Shown one piece after another: positions 9,936-19,850 of a DNA stretch of 64,000 nucleotides. The DNA is taken from assembly GCA_963696385.1 (NCBI GenBank), contig CAVOKF010000007.1, positions 96,001 to 160,000 of the forward strand. The letters are read 5' to 3'. Both the position numbers and the translations under genes were made by a program. The DNA is from an uncultured delta proteobacterium (GTDB taxonomy: Bacteria; Myxococcota_A; Polyangia; Polyangiales; Polyangiaceae). How positions within the stretch are numbered: the first letter of the stretch is position 1; the number at the start of each line of letters is the position of its first letter. The notes beneath the pieces are model-generated. The model saw only the letters and a list, made by a program, of their open reading frames with translations. It had not been told where the DNA came from and ran no database searches.

Positions 9936-11264
9936 TCAGAGTTGCGGAACGCCGATGACCGTTCCGTGGCTCGTGGTGTTGCCGATCACGGGAATGGGCT
10001 TCGGGGTCGTCCACGTCGCGAAGTTGTCCGTGCTGTCCGTATACATTTCGTGGCCGCCCGACCCGTAACCGTCGATGAACGCACGCCACACGTTGCCCGG
10101 AAGTTGAATGACGGACGGCCCTTCGCGATGGACTCCCCACCCCGCCCAGTCGCCGGTTCCCACGAACTTCCACGGGCCCGTCAGACTCGAAGCGGTCGCA
10201 TGTTCGATGTAGCTCGTCGTCGAGTCTTTCGTAAAGGCATGATAGGTGGCCCCGAGCAGCACGACGAACGTGTCAATGAAGTCCGGCCCGATTCCCATCT
10301 CCGTCGGCCCGGCCCAGTTCATGAGCGTCGAATCGGTGGCCTTGAAGAGGTACGTCCGATGGCCTCCCCCCGGGTCGATGCTCACCAAAATGTTCACGCT
10401 GCCGTCGCTGTCTTTGAACCACTCGGGGGCCCACGTGGTTTGCGTTCCGGCGACACCCGACGGGATCGTCGTGTACGTGGCCCATGTCATCAAATCGGCG
10501 CTCGCGGCGATGCTGAAACTCAAGTCCGTCCCGCAGCACCCCTTGCCCTCGGGTGTCGTGAACGCCACGTAGTATTTTCCGTCCGAGTATTTCATGATGC
10601 TCGGATCGCGCAGATTGTCGGTCGGCCCGGCGAAGCCCGAATTGCCGACCTGCGTAAAGTTGAGTGCGTCGGGTGCTTGGTAGATGAGGAGCGTGGAGCC
10701 CGCCGGTTCCCAGAACGTGGAGAAGACGTACGTCAGGTCGCCGGCATCGGACCCGGTCGTCCAGCCCGCCGTGATGATTGCCTCGCCCGCACCGGCCACG
10801 CCGGGGCCGGCCTCGGGGTAGGTCGCTCCTTCTCCGGTCGCCGTCCCCGCGTCGAGCGGCGCGCTGCCGGCGCCGCCCCCCGTGTCGACGGCGGAGCCCG
10901 TGTTGCTGTCCGCCGCCGTACTGCTGCTGCCGGCGCCGTTGCCCACGCCCGCGTCCACGCGACCGGTGCCGCCCATGCCCGTGCCCACGCCGGCGCTGGC
11001 TGCTGCGCCGCCGACGATGCCGGTGCCGCCGCTCCCGCTAGGGCCGGCACTGCTGCTCGCCGCGCTCGGACGAGCGTTCGAGGCAACCGGGGAGTTCGTT
11101 GCGCTGGAAGCAGGGGTCGATTGGGCCGAGTTGCCGCAGGCGGCGAGCGCGATGGCCAACCCGGTCGCGAACCGCGGTCCCCAAACTCGACCTTGTCGAA
11201 CTTGCTTGGCCCGCTCTCGGCGCGCGCAGACCCTCTGCCGGGGATGGCGTTTGAGTCGAAGCAC
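9936..11264 (-). CDS. Lipoprotein with GH43-like five-bladed beta-propeller glycoside hydrolase domain (start uncertain)
   Basis: LAAC lipobox, Gly/Ser/Ala linker, LRDPSI, WAPEWF, FIDTF, REGPSV, SHGTVI. Confidence 0.82.
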   Translation of the reverse strand: MLRLKRHPRQRVCARRERAKQVRQGRVWGPRFATGLAIALAACGNSAQSTPASSATNSPVASNARPSAASSSAGPSGSGGTGIVGGAAASAGVGTGMGGTGRVDAGVGNGAGSSSTAADSNTGSAVDTGGGAGSAPLDAGTATGEGATYPEAGPGVAGAGEAIITAGWTTGSDAGDLTYVFSTFWEPAGSTLLIYQAPDALNFTQVGNSGFAGPTDNLRDPSIMKYSDGKYYVAFTTPEGKGCCGTDLSFSIAASADLMTWATYTTIPSGVAGTQTTWAPEWFKDSDGSVNILVSIDPGGGHRTYLFKATDSTLMNWAGPTEMGIGPDFIDTFVVLLGATYHAFTKDSTTSYIEHATASSLTGPWKFVGTGDWAGWGVHREGPSVIQLPGNVWRAFIDGYGSGGHEMYTDSTDNFATWTTPKPIPVIGNTTSHGTVIGVPQL

Positions 11265-11435
11265 ACGCGCCCAGTATCCGCAGGCCGCCCAAAAGGCTCA
11301 GAGCGAGTCGGAAGGTCGAAGGCCGGCCATCGTTTCGACGGGCACGCCGCTGACGAGGGGCACATCGGGCTCGAGATTCTCGGCGAAGAGCAGCAGCGAC
11401 GAGGGGGGCGCCTGCGGCCGATCCCATGCGCGCAA

Positions 11436-12509
11436 TCACTTCAAGTACGCTGCGAGAGGGCTATTGGCTTTCGCCAAAGCCTGCGACGCAAGCGAAGCCA
11501 TCTCGGTCGCGCCGGCCTTGTCGAAGTGCGCCTTGTCACCGTTGAAGGTGAGGGCCGCCGCGGCCGTTTGACCGATCATGTTGTAGTAGGCGACGCCGAG
11601 CGCGTTCAGGTCGTCGACCGGCAGCCCCTTCGTCATTCCAAACGTGATCGTCGCGTCGACGTAGGGCTGCAAGCGCGTGTTGGTCTCCACGCCATTGACC
11701 CACACTTGGAGCGGCGACGAGGTCGTCGGGATGAACGTCGCATTCAGGGCGGCCACTTCGCCCGCCATGACGCCCATCTCGGTAGTGAAGTCCGGGACGG
11801 AGACTGGACCGTGCGTGGTCCCGCTGTCGTTGATGCCGAACGCCGCCATCACGTAGTCACCGGCCTTGACGTTGGCGATGAGAGTCTTCCATTTGCCCGC
11901 GTAGAAGGTCTGGATGTTCGCGCCGGGCTGCGCCTGGTTGTCGATTGTCACCTTGCTGATGAAGTATTGCCCGAACTCTTGACCCCAACCCTCCTGGGTG
12001 GTCGCGGCCGTGTAGTCGCTCATCGTCGAATCGCCGGCCATATGGATGGTGATGGCAGGAAGCGTGCTCTGATCCAGCTGACCGCCGTCGTTGCCGCCGC
12101 TTGAGGCGTCACCGCTCGTCGATCCGTTGCCGACCGTGTCGCCCTCGCCGCTGCCGCCGTCGCCGCTCAGCGGCGACCCGCCGCCGTCTTGGCTGCTGCT
12201 GCCCGCGGAGGCGCCGCTGCCGCTCCCGGAGGCGCCCGACGATGGCGCGGGCTGCCCACCCGGAGGCGTTGATCCGCCCGACGATGACGCCGGCTGGTCT
12301 CCGCCCGGAGGCGTTGAGCTGCCCGACGAGCTGCCGGCCGACGTGCCGCTGCCGCTGCTGTTCGGGGACGAGGCTCCGGCGGGGCCCGAGTCGCTCGACC
12401 CATTGCCTGGGGCCGCGCCCGACTCGGGCGCGCTCGCACTACTGCTGCATGCCATCGGCCCAAGCGCCATCGCCAAGACCATTCCGATGTTTAACGGCCC
12501 GTATCGCAT
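11436..12509 (-). CDS. Lipoprotein rhamnogalacturonan acetylesterase-like SGNH hydrolase (CE12)
   Basis: MACSS lipobox, IHMAGDSTM, EGWGQ, FGIND, DKAHF. Confidence 0.85.
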   Translation of the reverse strand: MRYGPLNIGMVLAMALGPMACSSSASAPESGAAPGNGSSDSGPAGASSPNSSGSGTSAGSSSGSSTPPGGDQPASSSGGSTPPGGQPAPSSGASGSGSGASAGSSSQDGGGSPLSGDGGSGEGDTVGNGSTSGDASSGGNDGGQLDQSTLPAITIHMAGDSTMSDYTAATTQEGWGQEFGQYFISKVTIDNQAQPGANIQTFYAGKWKTLIANVKAGDYVMAAFGINDSGTTHGPVSVPDFTTEMGVMAGEVAALNATFIPTTSSPLQVWVNGVETNTRLQPYVDATITFGMTKGLPVDDLNALGVAYYNMIGQTAAAALTFNGDKAHFDKAGATEMASLASQALAKANSPLAAYLK

Positions 12510-12626
12510 GGGGTCTTCCTGTCGCGGAGCTGCGCGGTAACCCCCTTCGCATCGCTCGTTGTACGTTGAACGGCCCGCTCGATCCAGTCAAGCGGGCCTT
12601 CAGAAGAACGATGGCCGACGGGCGCC

Positions 12627-12753
12627 AAGTCGAAAAATTGCGCCCAGCGCGCATTTCGCTCAGCAGCGAACAACGCTGCCGGGCGAAGCCCAAGGAACAT
12701 CATCTCCGTCGAGCGCCAGACTGCAACGCGGGCGTACACCCAGCGCAGCTGGG
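12627..12753. repeat. ~125-bp intergenic repeat, copy 1 (copy 2 at 20529-20653)
   Basis: Shared attgcgcccagcgcgcatttcgctcagc...gcgaagccc...gtcgagcgccag...gcgggcgta...cccagcgca-gctggg. Confidence 0.85.
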
Positions 12754-12756
12754 CGC

Positions 12757-13689
12757 CTAACGCGGCGCGAGGGCCGCCAGGATTTCGGCCCACTTCGCAT
12801 AAGCGACAAAGTGCCCCTCTGCCGAGACAAACGTCGCGTGGCAGCCGGGAATGGTCGCCGCGAGGTAGCGCCCCATGGCGACGGGTGTCGAGACGTCGAG
12901 CTCACCGTGCCAGAGATGGACCGGCACCCGGATATCCTCGAGACGAAACCCCCACGGGCCCGCCGCGAGCGCCAGTTCGGTCGCAAACGCCGTGGGCCCC
13001 TGTCGAAACGACTCCCGTTTCATCGCGGCGTACGGTTCGGCGATCCGCGCGAGGATGGCCTTGTCGCAGTCGGGAACGTCGGCGCTCATCACGCGTTGGA
13101 CTCCGCGCGGTCCGAGCAGGCGAAGCAGGGGCACCGCGTACGGAGCCAGCGGGAGCACGCCGTACATGAGGCGGCGCCGCAACGTCATCGAGCGACGCAC
13201 TCCGGGTGCGTCCAGAGGACAGACGACGCCCAGCATGCCCACCGAGCGGACCCGCCTCGGAAGCGCGATCGCACACGCCGCAAGATACGGACCCGCGCCT
13301 GACATGCCCGCGATCGCGAACGAGTCGATGCCCATCGCATCCGCCACGCGGGCGACGTCGGCCGGCCAATCGACGATGCGCCTGCCCGGCTGCGGCGAGC
13401 TCATGCCAAAGCCGGGGCGTTCGAGCACGATGGCCCGGGCGCCCGCTTCGCCCGTGGCAGCGACGTCCGGTAGGGGCGTCAACCGGGAGCACGGGATTCC
13501 AGGAAAGACGAGGAGCGGCCAGCCGCGGGGATCCCCAGTCTCGCGCACGCCGATCCGTCTTCCGTCGGGCAGCCGGACCAGCGAGCCGGTAGCGTCGGAC
13601 AGGGGCTGGACGCGGGGCTCGTGCGGCGCAGGGTGTATCGAGCCGTAGGGTGTCATTTCCACACGTTCAGCGGGCGCCGTAAGTGTCAC
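12757..13689 (-). CDS. Alpha/beta hydrolase
   Basis: LPDGRRIG...GDPRG, ERPGFG, GMSGAG nucleophile elbow, WHGELD, EGH. Confidence 0.9.
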   Translation of the reverse strand: MTLTAPAERVEMTPYGSIHPAPHEPRVQPLSDATGSLVRLPDGRRIGVRETGDPRGWPLLVFPGIPCSRLTPLPDVAATGEAGARAIVLERPGFGMSSPQPGRRIVDWPADVARVADAMGIDSFAIAGMSGAGPYLAACAIALPRRVRSVGMLGVVCPLDAPGVRRSMTLRRRLMYGVLPLAPYAVPLLRLLGPRGVQRVMSADVPDCDKAILARIAEPYAAMKRESFRQGPTAFATELALAAGPWGFRLEDIRVPVHLWHGELDVSTPVAMGRYLAATIPGCHATFVSAEGHFVAYAKWAEILAALAPR

Positions 13690-13823
13690 TTTGTTGCGGA
13701 ACGAAGCTGCTGCGCCGGCGTCATCGAGTCAAACATGGCCGCGACCCCCCTCACCCCATAGCCGGCATCGCGCGGTGCGGTGGACCTGTCTCTGCAGAAC
13801 TCACGTTTACGTCGCTGTGGTTC

Positions 13824-14735
13824 TCACTCAAGTCGGCGCGCTTCGGTGATCGCGACGATCTCGTCGCGGGTCAGCGCGAGCTTGCGTGCCGCCCAGTTGT
13901 CTTCCAGGTGCGCCACGGTGCTCGTGCCGGGGATGGGCAGTATCGCGGGCGAGCGAGCCAGCAGCCACGCGATCGCGACCTGCGTTTCCGACACGCCGCG
14001 TGAGGCGGCAATCTTCCTGATGGCCGGTCGCTCGACGGGGCTTGGCCCCGGAACGTTCAGCGGAAAGTACGGCAGGTACGCGATCCCCTGCTCGGTGCAG
14101 AACGCGATGATCTCCTCCTGCCCCGCCGTGTTGCCGAGCCAGCTCTCGCCCAGCTTCTCACCGCTCGCTGCCGCGTTGTACAGGTTCTCGACCGTGACGA
14201 TCGGCGTCTTGCGGAGCGCCTCCTGGATCTGCGCGAGCGTCACGTTGCTCAGGCCCAGGTGGCGAATCTTGCCTTCGCTCTTAAGCGTGATCATCGCGTC
14301 CAGCGCCTCGCCGAACGTCACGGCGGCGCCATGCGGGAGCCACCGCAGATGCACGATATCGAGGTGGTCGCGCCCGAGGGTGCGCAGGTCGTGTTCGCAG
14401 CCCTTGCGGAGCTCCTCGGGCCGTAGGTACGAGACCCAGCCCTTGTCCTCCGTCCTTCGCCCGCCGAGCTTGGTCGCGAGGACGAGCCCCGCCTTGTACG
14501 GGTGCAGGATCTCCTTGATGAGTTCGTTCGAGACGTACGGGCCGTAGTACCAGGACGTGTCGATGAGGTTGATGCCCAGGTCGATCACGCGGCGCAGGAC
14601 GGCGCGCGCCGCCGCGGGATCGCGCGGCGGCCCGTAGACCATGGGCCCCGGCAACTGCATGGCGCCGAAGCCGAGGCGGAACACGTCCAGATCCCCGAGG
14701 CGGATCGTCTCCGGCAAGTGGGCAAACGAAGTCAC
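13824..14735 (-). CDS. Aldo/keto reductase
   Basis: RLGFGAMQL, IDTSWYYGP, LATKLG, GKIRHLGLSNV, PIPGTSTVAHLEDN. Confidence 0.92.
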   Translation of the reverse strand: MTSFAHLPETIRLGDLDVFRLGFGAMQLPGPMVYGPPRDPAAARAVLRRVIDLGINLIDTSWYYGPYVSNELIKEILHPYKAGLVLATKLGGRRTEDKGWVSYLRPEELRKGCEHDLRTLGRDHLDIVHLRWLPHGAAVTFGEALDAMITLKSEGKIRHLGLSNVTLAQIQEALRKTPIVTVENLYNAAASGEKLGESWLGNTAGQEEIIAFCTEQGIAYLPYFPLNVPGPSPVERPAIRKIAASRGVSETQVAIAWLLARSPAILPIPGTSTVAHLEDNWAARKLALTRDEIVAITEARRLE

Positions 14736-15131
14736 GGCACACATCCTGGCACGGCAGGAGGGAAACGAAAAGCAGCGGCGCCCGGGGCGCATGACGTCGA
14801 ACGGACGACGGCTTGCACGATCGCGAGCATCGCGGCGATGCTTCGCGCCGGCCGCAGTCCCGGTACGACCTCAGCCCGAGGGGCTTTCTTCAGGACCGAG
14901 ACGAACTTCGTTGCTCCACGCGTGCGCGATGGCCACCGCGAGCGAGGCCTGCCGCCGCGGCGGGACCGAGCCGCGTGGCGCGATCCAGCCGGACGACAGG
15001 CATCGGCTGCGCGCAATCGAGCGCTGTCCCGTCGGCCAACGCGCTTTGCGTTTGCTTCTCGCCTCGTGGCTCCGGGAAGGCCCGGGAGAAGGCACCGAGC
15101 GACGGCCCTGGTAGAATCCCACCGATCGCCC

Positions 15132-15884
15132 ATGGACCTGGCCCGCCTAATCACGATTCCGCTCAGTCATTACTGCGAAAAGGCTCGCTGGGTGCTCGAC
15201 GCCACCGGCGTGGGCTATCGCGAGGATCCGCACGCACCTCTGGTGCATCTTCGGGCGACGCGCGCGGTGGGAGGCAGGACCGTGCCCGTGCTCGTGCACG
15301 GCGACGTCGTCCTGCTCGATTCGAGCGAAATCGCTCGCCATGCAGACGCCCTCGCACCGCCCGAGCAACGGCTCATCCCCGCCGCACCGGCAGAGCGCGC
15401 GCGTGTTCTTGCTCTCGAGGACGACTTCGATGAGACCCTCGGCGTGGACGCGCGCCTGATCTCATACTGGCATCAGCTTCGTGACCCCGAACGGGCGTGC
15501 GCCCTGGTCGGCGCGATGATGCGCCTACGTTCACGACTCGCCCAGCGCGTCGCCGCATCGCTCTTCCGACGGCTCATCTTCCGCAAGTACAGGATTGACG
15601 AGCTGGCGGCACGGCGCGCCGAGGCGCGCGTTCGTTCGCTCTTTGAACGTCTCGCCCATGCGGTCGACCAGGAGCCGTACCTGGTTGGAGGACGCTTCAC
15701 GCTGGCCGACCTGACGCTCGCGGCGCTGTCGGCCCCCTTGCTTGCGCCGCCGGAGCACCCGCTCATGGGTCGACTCCGGGCGGCGCCTCCGCCCGCGCTC
15801 GCAGCGCTTCGTGCCGAGCTCTCGGCCATGCCCGTCGGTCGGCGGGTGCTCCGACTGTACGCCCAACACCGCAGACCCGCCTAG
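15132..15884 (+). CDS. Glutathione S-transferase family protein
   Basis: ITIPLSHYCEKARWVLD, TVPVL, DSSEI, YLVGGRFTLADLTLAAL. Confidence 0.88.
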   Translation: MDLARLITIPLSHYCEKARWVLDATGVGYREDPHAPLVHLRATRAVGGRTVPVLVHGDVVLLDSSEIARHADALAPPEQRLIPAAPAERARVLALEDDFDETLGVDARLISYWHQLRDPERACALVGAMMRLRSRLAQRVAASLFRRLIFRKYRIDELAARRAEARVRSLFERLAHAVDQEPYLVGGRFTLADLTLAALSAPLLAPPEHPLMGRLRAAPPPALAALRAELSAMPVGRRVLRLYAQHRRPA

Positions 15885-16246
15885 GACCTCGACACCTCGG
15901 TCTCGATCGTTGGCGGCCGCAGGGAGCGGCGGGAATTCCTGCGAGCGAGATCTTGACCGAATCCCGGAACGCAAGCTGAAGTCCGGGCGCAATGATCGCC
16001 GCGAAATCGGCTTCGATTCGGAGCCCCGGTCAACGATGAGAGACGGGACGAGTCCGTAGCAAAGGCGCCGGGACGGCGCCAAGGCGGAGCCAGTAACGAA
16101 GCCCGCGGTGTTTGCGCTCCTGCGCTACGCTTCGCATGTGCCCGAGCCGAGATGATGTCGCCTCCCGATTTCCTCGTGCGAAAGCCCGTGCCTTCCCAAC
16201 GAACCTGCGATTGAATGCGGCGTCGAGAATCCGAGGAGGCCGTACC

Positions 16247-17008
16247 ATGGGTGGATTCGTGCCCTATGTCGTCCGCAAAAACGATTACCTGGCGAAAATC
16301 GCCTACAAGTTGGGGTTCGACCCCGACTCGGTGTGGAACGACGCAAGCAACGACGACCTCAGGAAGCTTCGGCCTGACCCCAATCAGCTCCTCGCCGGGG
16401 ACTTGTTGCACATCCCGGATCCGGGCGACAACCCGCCGCCGGTGCACACGCTGAACGTCGGCACGAGCAACACGTTCGTCTCTCCGGACCCGCCCACCGT
16501 CACGGTGAATCAAACATTCGAAGACGGCGACGCGGACACGTACACACGCAAGGCTTACACCATCACGGAGCTGCCGGAGCAAACGGGACTGTCTACGGGC
16601 GACGATGGCACGGCCACCTTTACGGTGCCCGTCTCGCTGGACCAGGTGACGCTCGTGTTCACCGACAGCGGCGAGTCGTGGGTCATCGTCGTAGGGGGCA
16701 TCGATCCCGTCGACTCGACGTCCGGAATGTTCAAACGGCTGCAGAACCTGCACTACATCGCCGTCGACGAGAGTTACGACCTCGACAACCAGTCGAACAA
16801 CATCGAGCTCCTGCGTCAGGGCTTACGGCGCCTTCAGGCCGCTTCCGGCTTGACCTCAGGCGCTTCCAGCTTGCCGCCAGCCAACGGCGGTGACAACTCG
16901 GCGGCAGACAGCGAAGCGCCTTCGGTGCTCGAAACGGGCGGGCTCTCGGACGACGGAACGCTCGATGCCGACACCCGCACGCTGTTGGTCAACGCGCACG
17001 GGTGCTGA
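16247..17008 (+). CDS. LysM-like N-terminal / peptidoglycan-binding-like C-terminal protein (paralog A)
   Basis: GAGGAGG RBS, YVVRKNDYLAKIAYKLGF...DPNQLLAGDLLHIP, RLQNLHY...DGTLDADTRTLLVNAHGC. Confidence 0.8.
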   Translation: MGGFVPYVVRKNDYLAKIAYKLGFDPDSVWNDASNDDLRKLRPDPNQLLAGDLLHIPDPGDNPPPVHTLNVGTSNTFVSPDPPTVTVNQTFEDGDADTYTRKAYTITELPEQTGLSTGDDGTATFTVPVSLDQVTLVFTDSGESWVIVVGGIDPVDSTSGMFKRLQNLHYIAVDESYDLDNQSNNIELLRQGLRRLQAASGLTSGASSLPPANGGDNSAADSEAPSVLETGGLSDDGTLDADTRTLLVNAHGC

Positions 17009-17028
17009 ACTCGTCGCTCGTTGCCGCG

Positions 17029-18060
17029 TCAGGGTTGCACCGATGCTAGGGCCCGATCGCAGCACGGCACCTTTTGTGCCGCCCATAGGCGCGACCGGCC
17101 ACCGTCACGCTCTCGTTCAATCCAGAGCCACTCGGCACCATCGTCGGCGACCGGGCCGTCCTCTCCGACCATTCGGTTCCCGTCTACGTACGACCACCGA
17201 GGTTGCGCCAAGCCGCGCGCCGCGTTGCCCGTATAGACGCAGCGCCCGTCGGCGACGAAATCCGCTCCGAAGCCGGGGTCGTTGTCGGCCGGGGGGAGCT
17301 GCGTGAGTTTCCATGCTGCGACGTCGAACAAAAACGCGCGCGAGTCGCGCCCCATGAACGGCATGGGCGGTCCCTCGTGCCACGTCACGAGCGGCAGGTT
17401 GGCCACCGCGCCCAGGTCGCGCGGGATTCGCTGGCAGATATCCCCCGGACACTGCGGCACGTCGCGCAGCGCATGCGTCTCCAGGTTCAACGCCCACACG
17501 TCACTCGCCGATGCGCCGAAGATCCAGGGATACGAGACCACCATTCGCTCGGCTTGTTTGCGGACCGACGCCACGTGCCTCGTCGCGTTCGATTCCGGCC
17601 AATGCATCGCCACGAGCTCTCCGCTCGCGCGCAGTACGTAGAGGTCCGCCGGTCCAAGGGCGGCGGCAAACGCGTCGGACGCGAGCAGAGACCTGCCGCG
17701 ACCGTCGCTGTCCGATCCCAGGAGCTCGTGCGAGGCGACCCACGCAAGACGGCCACGGCGAACGAAGAACGATCCGGTCGGGTGTGGTCCGCTCGGCCCG
17801 AGGACCGAAACCGTGGCCTGTGCACCGTCGGTCTCGGCCCCGACGCGAAAGAAGCGTTCACGCGGGGTGATACCGAAGATCCCTTCCGTGGTTCCCACGA
17901 GCGACACTGCGCCTTCGTCGGGCAGCTCGGCGACGACTCGCGGAGCGCAGTCGCGGGACATCAAGGCCCCGTCCTTCGGCGACGGAAGCGCGCCGGAGGC
18001 GACGGGCACAGAGGACGTTTCGTGCCGACCCGAAAAGGCGATGATCGGCAGAACGCACAT
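17029..18060 (-). CDS. Hypothetical exported, beta-rich protein (candidate immunity protein). True start may be TTG at 18118 across a 1-nt indel.
   Basis: 343-aa ORF with a hydrophobic N-terminal stretch LGLALRIGALVGMCVLPIIAF. No family recognised. Confidence 0.45.
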   Translation of the reverse strand: MCVLPIIAFSGRHETSSVPVASGALPSPKDGALMSRDCAPRVVAELPDEGAVSLVGTTEGIFGITPRERFFRVGAETDGAQATVSVLGPSGPHPTGSFFVRRGRLAWVASHELLGSDSDGRGRSLLASDAFAAALGPADLYVLRASGELVAMHWPESNATRHVASVRKQAERMVVSYPWIFGASASDVWALNLETHALRDVPQCPGDICQRIPRDLGAVANLPLVTWHEGPPMPFMGRDSRAFLFDVAAWKLTQLPPADNDPGFGADFVADGRCVYTGNAARGLAQPRWSYVDGNRMVGEDGPVADDGAEWLWIERERDGGRSRLWAAQKVPCCDRALASVQP

Positions 18061-18244
18061 CCCGACGAGGGCCCCGATTCGAAGCGCGAGTCCCAGCCGA
18101 TTGGAGGCCGTGCTTCAATCCGAGACGTCCGCGCCCCGCACCGCCGGAAGGGTAACGGCTCGGCGCCAACAGGCAAGTCTCCGCGCCTCCGCGAGTGCTG
18201 GCATGCTAGCATTCAGCAAAGCGGCAGGGCACGAGGGCTCGACC

Positions 18245-19531
18245 ATGGGAAGCAAACCTTCCTCCTTCTATCCGGCTCCGGCACCTCCCTACTCGCCGCC
18301 GCCCCCACCGCCGCCAACTCCGAATCCGGGGCCGCCCGCGCCCCCTCGGACGATCCAAAACGCTCCGAATTCGCCGAATACCGCACGACCGGCGTGCCCC
18401 GCGACGTATACGTCCGAGCGACGAACGTCGTTCACCAATCTCGTCGCCCTCGTCGTTGCCGCCGAGGACGCGCTCACGAAGAGCGGAATCACGTCCGTCA
18501 AAGACCAGGTCCACGCTCTACGCGGGGTCTATTACGGCACTTTGTGGAGTCTCGATTATGCTGGTACTCCATCGTCGCCCGGTGAGAAGAGTCTCACGCG
18601 CAATGAAGGTTTCAATCATTTCACACGCCCGTCAGTCTCGGACGTCGCTTCAACCGTTCCGCCGGACGTGAGGCCGATTCTCTGCTGCGGCCTCTTCGAG
18701 GCGCTTTATAACAACCAGGATTGGTACGACGACGCCACGGGCCGCGCGCTCGATTTTGGCCACGTAGTCATCGGGCTCGACGCGCGATACGACTCCGCTG
18801 CCATTTCCCCGAACGTGACCTACGCTGCCCAGGTGATGGGCGTGACCGTGAAGACCATCGACATGGGCGGCTCGGGGTTCGAGGTCGTCACTTGGTTGGG
18901 GGATCTCGGAGGCGGCGGCGGGAGCCTTTCTCGCATCCGCGGGGACGGCGCGCCGGCACGAGGAGATATCCTGTCAGCAGTCTTTGCGAAGGATCCGCCC
19001 CACAATTCGGACTACGGCGGATTCATCAACCTCGAAGGAGACATCGGCGCCGCGGTGGTGGGCTCCGGGGGGACCACGCTCAGCGTGCCATCGATCGGTG
19101 GTCGCTTGTCCGACGCGCTTCGGTCGTATGTGACCCCTGGTCCCACGTGGGATTCGCGGGCCAAGACATTTCTGACGATGTATGGCGCAACATTCGACGC
19201 CTCGGGAGCCCTGACGAATCGCAGCACCCTCGTCTCGTCGATGTCCGCCAAGATCGCGGCGTTTTCTTGCAACTACCTCGCCTCACGAGTCAACGACGGG
19301 CGCCTCACGCTCGCGCAGGGGAAGGCGGGAGCCTACCACGTCGTCGGCGTCGCCAGCGAGGTTGCGGGGGTATTTCTCGATGCTCTCGTTGCCGCGGAGG
19401 CACCGGGAACGAAGATTGACGCGAACAACGCATCCATCACCATTCCGTCGCCGTCGCCGAAAGCCGCGTCTCAGTCCTGCCAGGAGCAAATCGACAACGC
19501 GTCTTGGGGGCGGTGGATCCCGGGTAATTGA
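18245..19531 (+). CDS. Hypothetical toxin/effector-like protein
   Basis: Pro-rich leader, then DFGHVVIGLDA, TWLGDL and NLEGDIG motifs. No Sec signal peptide. Confidence 0.65.
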   Translation: MGSKPSSFYPAPAPPYSPPPPPPPTPNPGPPAPPRTIQNAPNSPNTARPACPATYTSERRTSFTNLVALVVAAEDALTKSGITSVKDQVHALRGVYYGTLWSLDYAGTPSSPGEKSLTRNEGFNHFTRPSVSDVASTVPPDVRPILCCGLFEALYNNQDWYDDATGRALDFGHVVIGLDARYDSAAISPNVTYAAQVMGVTVKTIDMGGSGFEVVTWLGDLGGGGGSLSRIRGDGAPARGDILSAVFAKDPPHNSDYGGFINLEGDIGAAVVGSGGTTLSVPSIGGRLSDALRSYVTPGPTWDSRAKTFLTMYGATFDASGALTNRSTLVSSMSAKIAAFSCNYLASRVNDGRLTLAQGKAGAYHVVGVASEVAGVFLDALVAAEAPGTKIDANNASITIPSPSPKAASQSCQEQIDNASWGRWIPGN

Positions 19532-19850
19532 GCGGGCCGTGCAGTCGGAGAGCGGGCAAGCCAAAAGCATGCAGACGCCCGCGGCACCAGCGAACGGCCC
19601 GGCAAGCTTAGCTGCTAGGGCCCCGAACTGCACGTCCGCGAGGTCGAGGCTCGCATAGTGGGTGGAGCGGCTCGGAGTCGAGTCGTCGATCGCAGGAGGC
19701 GCGCCGCATCGACAGGTTGAGGCGCGAGGACTCCGAGCTCCGCTACCACCTCCGGGGGCGGAGGCATCGCATGGCCTCGCCCGGCCGGCTTCTTCCTGCG
19801 CGCTGAGGCGATGCGCGCGTGCGTGTGGCCTCGATGCTACTGTTCCCGGG

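Noticed and set aside
9942..12104. 720-aa plus-strand ORF
   Set aside because: Antisense shadow of the GH43-like and CE12 genes. Arg-rich with no motifs, as expected in high-GC DNA.
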